Shown: piece after piece, positions 29,189-39,125 of the stretch
Numbering within the stretch: the first letter of the stretch is position 1
Layout of the letters: every line of letters begins with the position of its first letter
Notes under the pieces: model-generated
What the model saw: only the letters and a program-made list of their open reading frames with translations
What the model was told of the DNA's origin: nothing
The model's database searches: none
Assembly (NCBI GenBank): GCA_965198175.1
Contig: OZ240245.1
Location: 4,256,001-4,320,000, forward strand
DNA: 64,000 nt
Direction: 5' to 3'
DNA from: Candidatus Poribacteria bacterium
Lineage (GTDB): Bacteria; Poribacteria; WGA-4E; PCPOR2b
Translations under genes and position numbers: made by a program

Positions 29189-30751
29189 TCATGAAAGCTG
29201 TACCTCAATCACAGTACATTCTTTTGCCGTTAGAGCATCTTTCAACGCTGGTGCAAACTGATCGATTTTGCGCACGTGAAATCCAGGTACACCGAACGAC
29301 TCGGCAAACTTCACGCTATCGGGTTTCTCGCTCGGCTCCCGGTTATTGATGACAATCACAGGAAGACCAAGCCCATATTGATTCGCCGTAATGAGTTCTC
29401 GTCCTGTCATTGAGAATTCCTCCGTGTCTGTCACGGTGACCACCTGACAATCGGGGTGTGCACACTTGGCGCCAAGCGCCGCCGGAAGCGCATATCCCAT
29501 CGGCCGCAAATCACAAGCATGTAAAAACAATCGAGGGTGGGCGACCTCAAAATTCATGAGCATGGTATCAATCAGGTGCACCCCTCCAACCGAAATAATC
29601 GCTCGATCTTCCAAAGTGTTTCGTAGAATTTGCATCACCTTCAGATCATATCCGTCTCGGTATGTAGACGGCTGCAGTTCAGACCTGAAATCGTTCCACT
29701 GGCTTCTGACTGTTCCTGCACCATTATCAATCGCTTGGATGAGATGAGCTAGCGCCACTTTTGCATCGGCGACGATACCAATCCGCACCGGAAAGTTCCG
29801 CCCAATCTCTTTTTCGTCGATATCGATTTGGATAAGATTTGGCAGCAGACGTGTATTCCAGTTCCCCGCTGTTCGTTGGGACAAACTACATCCAACGGAT
29901 AAGACAACATCTGCTTCTTTAATGAGGGGCAGAATCTGACAATGTACATCAGCCCCCGGTGTGGGCGCCTGCCACGTTAATCCCGCAGATAGTAGATGGT
30001 CTGACGGAATTACCCCCTTGCTCATCGGAGTAGTGCAAATGGGAGCGTTCAGCCGCTCAGCAATCTGAATAAGCTCTGCCCCTGCCTTTGCTGACACCAC
30101 ACCTCCTCCCGCAACAATAAGCGGAGATTTCGCTTGTACCAATAATTCAGCTGTGAGTGCATTCAGGGGAGGTGAAACCCCAGGCATTCTCCGTATCGGT
30201 GTCGCCTTTACAGCAACAGGTTCAGCCAATTCACCCTTTAGAATATCGGCAGGAATTTCCAGATGGACGGGCCTAGGTCTCCCGGTCTGCAACGCCTTGA
30301 ACGCCCGAGCAGTCGCTTCAGTGAGCCCCGCCAAGCTGTCAATCCGTGTATTCCATTTGGCTATCGGTTTGAACAAGTTGAACAGATCGACATACTCAGA
30401 ATCTTCCTTAAGTTTATCCTTGATTTCCTCAGACAGCAACCCATGTAAGGGAACCTGTCCGGTAATTAGCAGTAACGGGATACTATCAGCATAAGCAGCA
30501 GCAAGGCTGACGGCTGCGTTGACCGCCGAGTGACCGCCTGGGGTAATGCACACACCGACGTTGCCGGTTGCACGCGCGTACCCATCCGCCATAAAAGTCG
30601 CGGCTTGACTTGTTTGGGCTGAGAAATACTCTATCTTTTGGGAACTACGCAGGGCATCATAAATGCTCTTGACTTGGTCGCCCGGCGTGCCGAAGATGTG
30701 GTTTATACCGTGTAATTTGAGCAATTTGACAATCAATTCACCGCCTGTCAT
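29189..30751 (-). CDS. Acetolactate synthase-like ThDP-fold protein with degenerate catalytic motifs
   Basis: FG.PG, FMADGYAR.TG, GRPRPVHLEIP.D, MGYALPAALGAK are present; RHE is replaced by QTS and GDG by DTE. Confidence 0.85.
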   Translation of the reverse strand: MTGGELIVKLLKLHGINHIFGTPGDQVKSIYDALRSSQKIEYFSAQTSQAATFMADGYARATGNVGVCITPGGHSAVNAAVSLAAAYADSIPLLLITGQVPLHGLLSEEIKDKLKEDSEYVDLFNLFKPIAKWNTRIDSLAGLTEATARAFKALQTGRPRPVHLEIPADILKGELAEPVAVKATPIRRMPGVSPPLNALTAELLVQAKSPLIVAGGGVVSAKAGAELIQIAERLNAPICTTPMSKGVIPSDHLLSAGLTWQAPTPGADVHCQILPLIKEADVVLSVGCSLSQRTAGNWNTRLLPNLIQIDIDEKEIGRNFPVRIGIVADAKVALAHLIQAIDNGAGTVRSQWNDFRSELQPSTYRDGYDLKVMQILRNTLEDRAIISVGGVHLIDTMLMNFEVAHPRLFLHACDLRPMGYALPAALGAKCAHPDCQVVTVTDTEEFSMTGRELITANQYGLGLPVIVINNREPSEKPDSVKFAESFGVPGFHVRKIDQFAPALKDALTAKECTVIEVQLS

Positions 30752-30985
30752 CCCCGATTTAAACCTCCTGAAGCATGATTAGCGCTCCGCAAATGTTCCC
30801 GACCACCTCGAGACCTTTGAATCGAGAGTCGATTGAGCGCACTTGGGGACTACTAATCATGCTCTTCTTCTGAATGTATTGTTTCGTTTCGAATTTTACA
30901 CTTTACAAATGACTCGGTTTCAATTACTATCAGGATGAGGTGTATCCAAGAAAGCCACCGACACAAACTCACGGCAGAGATAACG

Positions 30986-32296
30986 ATGGAAACGCTAACC
31001 CCTTTTGCTGTTGAATTGAATGAACAGATACGATCCGCGAACCCTATTGTCGCTGATTTGCTCTCATCACTTGGGAGACGCATTTACCTTCCGAAGGGTA
31101 TCTTGAGCCAGAGCGCTGAAGCGGCCCAACGCGCAAGTCGCTTCAATGCGACACGGGCAATCGCGCTTGAAAACGGGGGTGTTATGCATCTGTCGAGTTC
31201 ACATCAACTTGTTCCAGAAATCGATCCGAATCTCGTCTACGGGTATGCACCGACGCTAGGGCAAATGGAGTTGCGGTTGCGATGGAAAGCCAGATTGGAA
31301 GCCGAGAATGCATCACTCAAGGGCAAGGCGTTCAGTCTACCCATAGTTACGTGTGGACTGACGCATGGTTTCAGTTTAATTGGAGATCTCTTCGTTAATC
31401 CGGGCGACACACTTGTTATACCGGACAAAATATGGGGAAATTATCGACTAATTTTCCAAACAAAGTGTGGAGCCGAAATTCAGACCTATTCCTTCTACAA
31501 TGCGAGGAGACAACTTAACACGTCAGGTTTTCGTGAAACGCTTAGAAAAATTAGCCAAACTACCGGCAAGTTAATCGTGCTTCTCAATTTCCCACATAAT
31601 CCCACCGGGTTCGCGATTACGGCTGAAGAAGCTGCGGAGATGACACAAGCAATTACCGAAGTTGCAGCGTCAGGTTGTCGCCTGCTTGTGGTCGTCGATG
31701 ATGCTTACTTTGGACTATGGTACGATGATAATGCCCTGCGGGAATCAATCTTCGGCTGGCTGGTAGATGCCCATCCGAACGTTCTAGCGATTAAAATCGA
31801 TGGGGCAACAAAGGAAGAATACGCTTGGGGGTTGCGAGTGGGATTTCTCACCTGTGGCTTGGATGGGGAGGCGATGAAGGGGCTAGAGGACAAAATGACC
31901 GGGTTAATTCGTGCAAACACGTCGGGCGCATCTCAGCTTTCGCAAACTCTGGTGCTTCAGGCAATGGATTCGCCGCAATACACACTTGAGAAAAGTCAGA
32001 AGTATGAGATATTGAAATGTCGCGCTTTGAGAGTGAGAGCGATAGCTGCTCATCCGCGGTATGCACATCTCTGGGATGTTTATCCATTCAACGCAGGATA
32101 TTTTATGTGCTTACGCCTGAAATCAGCGAACGCGGAGACAGTGCGCCAACAACTCCTCGACGAATGCGGAATCGGTGTAATCGCGATTGGAGATACGGAT
32201 TTACGGGTTGCGTTTTCCTGCATCGAAACGTCGGAGATTGATGAAGTCTTTCATGCGATTGCCCAAGTGGCAATACGCGTGAAATGCGACAGATAG
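30986..32296 (+). CDS. Class I/II PLP aminotransferase
   Basis: NFPHNPTG, DDAYFG, KIDGATKE...WGLRVG. Confidence 0.9.
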   Translation: METLTPFAVELNEQIRSANPIVADLLSSLGRRIYLPKGILSQSAEAAQRASRFNATRAIALENGGVMHLSSSHQLVPEIDPNLVYGYAPTLGQMELRLRWKARLEAENASLKGKAFSLPIVTCGLTHGFSLIGDLFVNPGDTLVIPDKIWGNYRLIFQTKCGAEIQTYSFYNARRQLNTSGFRETLRKISQTTGKLIVLLNFPHNPTGFAITAEEAAEMTQAITEVAASGCRLLVVVDDAYFGLWYDDNALRESIFGWLVDAHPNVLAIKIDGATKEEYAWGLRVGFLTCGLDGEAMKGLEDKMTGLIRANTSGASQLSQTLVLQAMDSPQYTLEKSQKYEILKCRALRVRAIAAHPRYAHLWDVYPFNAGYFMCLRLKSANAETVRQQLLDECGIGVIAIGDTDLRVAFSCIETSEIDEVFHAIAQVAIRVKCDR

Positions 32297-32351
32297 GCGT
32301 TTGAAGATAGTGCCACGTGTCAGAAAAGGCGAGGAAGAATGGAAAGATGAC

Positions 32352-34418
32352 ATGGCAAAGTCTAAAACCAAATACGTATACCCCTCTACACCTCACGTTT
32401 CACCATTGATTCGCATGATTCCCTTCCCCTTGCTACTGATTTATCTCATTTACTTCAACACCGCCATCTACGCTCAAGGGACGCCAGAGCCGATTCAGTT
32501 CGATGAAATTATAGTAACCCCTGGTCAATTTAGCATCGAACCCGGGACACATGCAACGCTTTCGCTGTCAAAGAAAGAGATTGAACTGTTTCCGATGATT
32601 GACAACGACCTGGCGCGCGCTGCGCATATCTTTCCGGGAATCGCGTCCAATGATTTTAGTGCGAGGTTCAATGTGCGGGGCGGTGAAAAGGACGAAATTC
32701 TCGTGCGACTAGATGGAATGGAACTATTCGACCCGTATCACCTGCAAGATTTCGGTGGTGCAGTCTCTATCATCGATCTCGGAATTGTTCGCCGCGCCAA
32801 TCTGCTGATGGGCGGCTTCCCCGCCGAATATGGCGGCAAAATGTCAGGTGTGTTCGACATTACCGCGAAAACGGGGAATCGAGAGGAATTTACCGCGAAT
32901 GTCGGTTTCGATCTAATCAACGCACATGCGCTGCTGGAGGGACCGCTATCCGACAAAGGCTCATGGCTTTTCTCGGCGCGGCGGGGCTACGTGGATCTCA
33001 TTCTCGCCTTAATGGGTGCCAACGAAAAACTCAAGCCGCAGTACGCCGATTTATACAGCAAGATTACCTACGATCTGACTCAGAGGAACCAACTCACCCT
33101 TAACGCCCTCTACGCTTGGGATGACAATCTCATTGACGAAGATGATGACGAAAATGACCTCGATTCCACCTATCAGAATGCGATGATTTGGACAAAGTGG
33201 CGTCACTTTTTTAGCGATGAGGTCTGGTCAGATTTCTTCCTGTTTAACGGTGGGGCGACGCGGGATCGCCGGAAAGGGATTGACGGCGTTGACCAACGGG
33301 ACCTCGGGTTTCTCGGTGTGAAGGGGGAGCTTACCGCGCATCTATTCGATATCCATACAATGCAAGCAGGAATTGAATGGCGTTGGTCTGCCGCGAGGTA
33401 CGACTACGCCATCCGCGAACAGCGGGCTGGAATTGATCGGTACGAGCTAAGTGAAGCAAGAGTTGATGACAACGGCGGTGAACTGAAAGCCTATATACAA
33501 GACGAATGGCGTCTTCACCGAATGTTAGCAATCAATACAGGCGTGCGTTATCTCATCCAGAATTACCGTCGTCCCGGCATACAGCGGTACGAAATAAGCC
33601 CACGAGCTGCACTGGCATTGAAACCGACTGATAACCTAGTGCTGCGCGGTGCGTGGGGACTTTATCATCAACCCGTTCAGTTGCTAACCATACCAGTCGA
33701 AGACTCAATTGAAGATGTCCGCAGGGCGGAACAAGCAACCCACTATGTCCTCGGTGCAGAATATACATCGGGCGGAAACTTCATGGTTCGCGCTGAAGGA
33801 TATTACAAAAAGCTAGATAACCTCACCGGACAAATTAGGGACTTCGGTCGGCAAACTCAAATTCTCACATCACCGGATTCGGGGCATGTAAGAGGGTTAG
33901 ATCTCTTCTTGAGCCGTGCGATATCGAATCGGCTGACAGGGAGTTTGGGCTATACCTACGCCGTTGCCAAAGAGTACACAGGTGCAGAGGAGTTCTTCCG
34001 CGAATTTGATCGACGTCACAGCATCGCCCTCAACGGAAGTTACCGATTTTCGCCGAGTTGGCATCTCCACCTCAGTTGGCGGTTCCACACTGGAGATCCG
34101 ACAACGCATCTAGATCATACACCGGTTCGCCTTTCCGATGGCAGTCTCACCTGCGACCGGCAATTTGGCACAACGAATGCCGAACGTCTTCGCGCGTACC
34201 ACAGTCTCGATCTCCGGTTCACAAAATCAACCATCTACAGAAGTTGGACGCTCAATTGGTATTTTCAGGTCTTAAACCTGTACAACCGCTCGAATGAGCA
34301 TGAACGCGCTTTCAGCGTAGTCCGCGATGAGGGTACAAATGCTATCGTTGATTGTGAAGTGAGCGATGAGCCACTATTTCCGATTCTTCCGACGTTGGGC
34401 ATCAGTGCGACATTCTAG
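32352..34418 (+). CDS. TonB-dependent receptor
   Basis: DEIIVT TonB-box-like motif, NVRGG plug, GGFPAEYG..MSGV, N(L)YN, C-terminal F. Confidence 0.9.
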   Translation: MAKSKTKYVYPSTPHVSPLIRMIPFPLLLIYLIYFNTAIYAQGTPEPIQFDEIIVTPGQFSIEPGTHATLSLSKKEIELFPMIDNDLARAAHIFPGIASNDFSARFNVRGGEKDEILVRLDGMELFDPYHLQDFGGAVSIIDLGIVRRANLLMGGFPAEYGGKMSGVFDITAKTGNREEFTANVGFDLINAHALLEGPLSDKGSWLFSARRGYVDLILALMGANEKLKPQYADLYSKITYDLTQRNQLTLNALYAWDDNLIDEDDDENDLDSTYQNAMIWTKWRHFFSDEVWSDFFLFNGGATRDRRKGIDGVDQRDLGFLGVKGELTAHLFDIHTMQAGIEWRWSAARYDYAIREQRAGIDRYELSEARVDDNGGELKAYIQDEWRLHRMLAINTGVRYLIQNYRRPGIQRYEISPRAALALKPTDNLVLRGAWGLYHQPVQLLTIPVEDSIEDVRRAEQATHYVLGAEYTSGGNFMVRAEGYYKKLDNLTGQIRDFGRQTQILTSPDSGHVRGLDLFLSRAISNRLTGSLGYTYAVAKEYTGAEEFFREFDRRHSIALNGSYRFSPSWHLHLSWRFHTGDPTTHLDHTPVRLSDGSLTCDRQFGTTNAERLRAYHSLDLRFTKSTIYRSWTLNWYFQVLNLYNRSNEHERAFSVVRDEGTNAIVDCEVSDEPLFPILPTLGISATF

Positions 34419-34463
34419 TAATGAAATTCGAAAAATAGTGCATGATGGGTCGAAACAGTTGGG

Positions 34464-35756
34464 CTAACGCGCGATTTCTCTATAGACCGCTAGGGTTGCC
34501 TCTGCCATGACATCATCGCTAAACGTTCTGTGTACCGCTTCTTTTCCCTGATAGCCCAATTCTTTGCGGTAGTTCTCATCGTTCATTAACTGAAGAATAC
34601 CCAATGCGATAGCATCAGGAGATTCGGCGTCCACCAATATTCCACCGCCAGCCGCAGCTATCAATTCGGGGAAGGCGCCGTGTCGCGGCTGAACCACTGG
34701 CACTCCATTGGCAAGTGCTTCTAAGATGTAAAGCCCTTTGGATTCTTTGTACGTTGTCGGTACAGACAATACGTGAAGACCGTTGAGAAACTGAATCTTT
34801 TGTCCGCGGTCAACCTCCCCCCAATGTTCAAATGAATCCGTCAATCCCCACGCCTCAATTTGCTTGACCATTTCCGCAAAATAATCCCTATCCCGCTTGC
34901 TCAAGTATCCGGCGACCTTGAGTCGTATCTGGTTGCCACCCACACGCTCTGCCAGCTGGTGAAACGCATCGACCAGCAGATGGAGTCCCTTCTCGGGACA
35001 AATTCGCGCTAAGTAACCGACAACAAAAGGCACATCGTTGATTGGCTGCACCTGATTCACTCCATGACCATTGAGGTTCAAACCCAGCTTCACAACGTTT
35101 ATGCGCTCCACAGGGATGTTCAGATACCTTGCCATATAGTCGGCATAGTATTCACACGGCGCAATGAACCCATCTACATCTGAAGCCCGCGTCTGAAGCA
35201 GTTCCAGCGCACGAGATCTGTACGGTTCGATGAGTGCTTCTAAAAAGATATCCTCCCCCTGGAAAGCGCAAACGACAGGTACACCCAACGCCTTTTTTAT
35301 CTCCTTCGCAAACCCCACAAACATGGAGTTGGTAAGCTGAACAATATCGGGACGATAGGAATCGCTCAGCCATCTGACGAGTTTCGTCAGTTCCTTTTTC
35401 TGCCGCCCATCTTCGCCTTGAAGCACTGAAACAGTGAGCTCACCCAAATCCTTAGCATCGGTCGATGCACTAAATCGAGATAAGCCATTCAACAGTGCCG
35501 GCGTATCGAACAGCCGATCAAACAGCCAAGGCGTATGACGGAATAGAGCTAACTTCTGCTGGAGATACACATTGATCCCGCCGTAAAAGATGCGGTCTAT
35601 GCTGACATCAACCTCATCGGTCCGAATGGGAGTATAGGTCGGGATGAGGGCAACCTCATGCCCCTTCTCTCGCAAAGCTGCGGCAAGCGTATTATCATGA
35701 ATGCAGGTGCCGCAATACATGCCTGCGGCACCTGCAGCAATATAAGCGATTTTCAT
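34464..35756 (-). CDS. Glycosyltransferase family 4
   Basis: AR..PEKG, ESKGLYILEALANGVPVV. Confidence 0.9.
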   Translation of the reverse strand: MKIAYIAAGAAGMYCGTCIHDNTLAAALREKGHEVALIPTYTPIRTDEVDVSIDRIFYGGINVYLQQKLALFRHTPWLFDRLFDTPALLNGLSRFSASTDAKDLGELTVSVLQGEDGRQKKELTKLVRWLSDSYRPDIVQLTNSMFVGFAKEIKKALGVPVVCAFQGEDIFLEALIEPYRSRALELLQTRASDVDGFIAPCEYYADYMARYLNIPVERINVVKLGLNLNGHGVNQVQPINDVPFVVGYLARICPEKGLHLLVDAFHQLAERVGGNQIRLKVAGYLSKRDRDYFAEMVKQIEAWGLTDSFEHWGEVDRGQKIQFLNGLHVLSVPTTYKESKGLYILEALANGVPVVQPRHGAFPELIAAAGGGILVDAESPDAIALGILQLMNDENYRKELGYQGKEAVHRTFSDDVMAEATLAVYREIAR

Positions 35757-35838
35757 GCCGATCAATGACCACCAAATATTGAGTATCGACGATTTAAGGT
35801 TTAACTTCTGTCGCGTGACGTTATCTCTCTTGGCTATT

Positions 35839-37809
35839 TCAACCGCTTTCTGACAGCTTGGCACGCCAATTGACAATACCGAAGGCTACGACAACGATGA
35901 ATGCCGGCGCTTGCAACCAGATCTGGGCACCACCCGAGGGCGTAAAAAAGAAGATTATGGCGGCGCCGAGCAATATCGCCCGTTGCCACAGTTCAAGTGG
36001 TGCGAACCAATAGCCGGAAACACTCGCAGCCAATGGAGCAATGCCAAAAACGGTGAGCAGGATGTTTCCTGCTACAGCGGCGAAACCCGCCGTGCCTCCA
36101 TCCGGGGATAAGAGCAACAATTCCGGTCGCAAAACGAAAGCGTAAGGTAGGGCAAATCCCACCAGTGCAAAGCGGAAAGCGGCGAATGCCGTTTGCATAA
36201 TCCCTGCGTCCGCAATTGCAGCCGCCGTATAAGCCGCTAACGCCACCGGCGGTGTCACCATAGACATCATGCCGAAATAGAAGATAAACAGATGCGCGGC
36301 AAGGGGTACGAGTCCCAAATCCCGCAGAATCGGACCGACCAAGGTCGCCATGAGCAGGTAACACACCGACGAAGGCAGTCCCATCCCAAGGATGATAGTC
36401 GAGACCATCAAGAGCATCAGTGCGAAAATCAAATTGTCTTCGGCAAGCGGTAAAAGGATTCCCGCCAGATTTCTGCCAATGTCTGTCAGCGTCACAACGC
36501 CGATGATTAACCCCACGCATGACGCCGCCGCAACCAGCGAAACGCCGCCATGGGCAGCCTTTTCCATTGCCGATAGGACACCCTTGATGCTGACCCGAGT
36601 TTCTTTGTTGAACGCACTCAAAACTAAAATCAGGAGCAAGCTCAAGCTGACCGACCGAAAGGGAGTGTAACCGATGATTAGAAAAAGCACGAGCGAAATA
36701 AACGCGGTGAAAAAGATGAACCCCTGTATCGGTGCAGTGCGTCCCGACTCTGCCGAGGGCAGTTCGGCGCCTTCCGCTTTTCCACCTGATGTCGTGCTGA
36801 CCTCTGCCCTTGCGCTTTCACGTCCGGCGTAGAAGTGGACAATCAACAGGAGCGCCGTGTAGTAGAGAACCGCAGGAATCAGGGCGGCTCTGATGATTTC
36901 CAGATAGGTTACCGACGGTTGAACAATCTCAAGCATCATGTAAGCACCCGCACCCATGATGGGAGGAACCAACGCACCGCCTGAACTGGCGGCAGCTTCT
37001 ACTCCCCCAGCGTCGCTGGGTTTGAAGCCGACGCTTTTCATCAGTGGGATGGTGAAGGTGCCGGTGGTAGCCGTATTGGCAACAGCACTGCCGGAGAGCG
37101 ACCCCATCATCCCGCTGCTGAGGACGGCAATCTTGGCAGCCCCGCCCGCGCTTGAGCGAAACAGACGTCTTGCAAAACCGATGATATATCCGGTCGCCCC
37201 CGTTTTTTCCAATATTGTTCCAAACAGAACGAAGAGAAACACATACTTGAACATCACATTCAAGGCAATGCCGAAAACGCCCTGGCTCTGCAAAAAAGTA
37301 TGGCTAATAATGCGTTCCAAGGGTTGAGCCTTGTGTGGAAATAACCAGATGGGCATAGATGACCGAAAACCCGCATAAAGTAAAAACACCAAGGAAAGAA
37401 GCGGTAGAGCGAAACCGATAGCACGTCGCGTCGCTTCCAAAACCAGAAGGACACCAACGAAACCCATGAGGTAATCTCCGAATCGTTCTGCGCCCGCACG
37501 TTGACCAAGAGGCTGACCGTCAATCCAAAACCGCTCAAACATCGGCTCTGTCTGAACCAGAATATAGCCGAAGCTGACCACAGTGGCGATAGCAAAGATA
37601 AAATCCAAAGCCCGGAATGAAACCCTACCTTCAAGTCGGCGGTGGATAGGGTATTTCAGAAATACCAAGATTGTTCCCAACATCCCAAAGATTGCCAATT
37701 GAGATTGGGGCAACAGGTGAGGAGAATTGACCTCAACTAAGATAAACAGACTGAGAAGGGCGGCGAGGATTTGGAAAAGGACCCCGCGGATCCGTTGGAG
37801 GAAATTCAT
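35839..37809 (-). CDS. TRAP transporter fused permease (4TM/12TM, TAXI type)
   Basis: GG.AK.AV.SS..MGS.SGSAVAN, EAAASSGG...PPIMGAGA, LGMGLP, TPPVALAAY. Confidence 0.93.
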   Translation of the reverse strand: MNFLQRIRGVLFQILAALLSLFILVEVNSPHLLPQSQLAIFGMLGTILVFLKYPIHRRLEGRVSFRALDFIFAIATVVSFGYILVQTEPMFERFWIDGQPLGQRAGAERFGDYLMGFVGVLLVLEATRRAIGFALPLLSLVFLLYAGFRSSMPIWLFPHKAQPLERIISHTFLQSQGVFGIALNVMFKYVFLFVLFGTILEKTGATGYIIGFARRLFRSSAGGAAKIAVLSSGMMGSLSGSAVANTATTGTFTIPLMKSVGFKPSDAGGVEAAASSGGALVPPIMGAGAYMMLEIVQPSVTYLEIIRAALIPAVLYYTALLLIVHFYAGRESARAEVSTTSGGKAEGAELPSAESGRTAPIQGFIFFTAFISLVLFLIIGYTPFRSVSLSLLLILVLSAFNKETRVSIKGVLSAMEKAAHGGVSLVAAASCVGLIIGVVTLTDIGRNLAGILLPLAEDNLIFALMLLMVSTIILGMGLPSSVCYLLMATLVGPILRDLGLVPLAAHLFIFYFGMMSMVTPPVALAAYTAAAIADAGIMQTAFAAFRFALVGFALPYAFVLRPELLLLSPDGGTAGFAAVAGNILLTVFGIAPLAASVSGYWFAPLELWQRAILLGAAIIFFFTPSGGAQIWLQAPAFIVVVAFGIVNWRAKLSESG

Positions 37810-37871
37810 CTATTCACAAACTTAACTTGAGAATACCGTCTAACGTGGCAAGGGCTTAGTTCGTAAAGATT

Positions 37872-38849
37872 CTACTCCTGCCAAATTCCGATTTCTTTGT
37901 AGTAGCGAATTGCGCCCGGGTGGAAGGGTGTACCGGTGTTCTTAACGACGTTTTTGGGGTTGATTGCTCTGCCCGCAGGATGGATTTCCGAAACGTCCGC
38001 TTGGTTTTCGTAGAGGATTTTGGTGAAATGGTAAACCGTTTCCTCATCCTCATCTGCCCGCGTAATCAGGTGCATCGCACCGACGTTCATGCCCTCGAAC
38101 GGCTCGGTTTGGTTCCGATAAGTCGCTGTAGGAATCGTGGCGGCGTCAAAAAACGGGTAATTTTCAAACAGACGCTGCTTCGCCGCCTCTTCAAAAGGAA
38201 TGAAAAAGATATCCTGCGAGGTGCAAGCCTGTAGAATTGATGCCGTAGGAACAGCTCCGCCCAGAAACGCAGCGGCAGCGGAACCGTCAGCCAACATATC
38301 GACCGCGCCCGCCTGCGTGTTATGGAGCGGTGTAAAATCCTTATACGTCACGCCGTGAGCTGCTAGAATCGGTTCCAGAAAATACTCGAAACCCGCGCCC
38401 GCCGGTCCGACCACCACACGTTTCCCTTTGAGATCTACAATATTCTTCACACCGGAGCGTTTTGGAGTAATGAAAAGCGCAACATTCGGCGCAAGCGTCA
38501 TTACCGTATGGATGGCGTGTTTACGCTTCCAAGCGCCTTCGCCGCGAACGGCAAAGTAGGATATGGCGGCATTGGCGAGGGCAAACTCCAACTCACCTTT
38601 GCTCATGCGTCGGATATTCTCCTGCGTGCCTTTCGTTGCTTCTGCGGAAACTATCCAGCGGCGGTCTCCTGGATTCTCGCTGACAACTTGCGCAATGGCG
38701 CTCCCCACGACGAAAAACGCCCCTCCCGGCGGCGCCGTGCCAACACTTAGAAACTGGCGTTTTTCCGCTGAGACGCTCGTCAGCACAGCGAGTAGCCCAG
38801 CAATAACCAACATAACTCGCAGACATCTCCATTTTTTCGCATAATTCAT
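37872..38849 (-). CDS. TAXI-family TRAP solute-binding subunit
   Basis: GTAPPGGAFF, T.G..EN, DLKGKRV..G..G.G, PFHPGA..YY.E. Confidence 0.93.
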   Translation of the reverse strand: MNYAKKWRCLRVMLVIAGLLAVLTSVSAEKRQFLSVGTAPPGGAFFVVGSAIAQVVSENPGDRRWIVSAEATKGTQENIRRMSKGELEFALANAAISYFAVRGEGAWKRKHAIHTVMTLAPNVALFITPKRSGVKNIVDLKGKRVVVGPAGAGFEYFLEPILAAHGVTYKDFTPLHNTQAGAVDMLADGSAAAAFLGGAVPTASILQACTSQDIFFIPFEEAAKQRLFENYPFFDAATIPTATYRNQTEPFEGMNVGAMHLITRADEDEETVYHFTKILYENQADVSEIHPAGRAINPKNVVKNTGTPFHPGAIRYYKEIGIWQE

Positions 38850-39125
38850 GATTACAATCCCTTCGTGAATACCCGGTAAGATTGGTGGACAACGACTTGG
38901 AACGATAAAAAGAAAATCTGAATCAAGGATACACTTTATCCCTCGTAGATGTCAAGAGGAAGATGCTCTTCCGTTTCCGAGTACAGGGAAACAGGCATAT
39001 TGGTTTTCGCACTGCAACGCTAAGCGCACGATAAAACATGGAAAACCCCTCAACAAATATGGTATCTTAATATTCGATGCAAAGGAGGTTACAGCTTAGA
39101 ACCCTTAACAAGGTAGGCATGAGGT

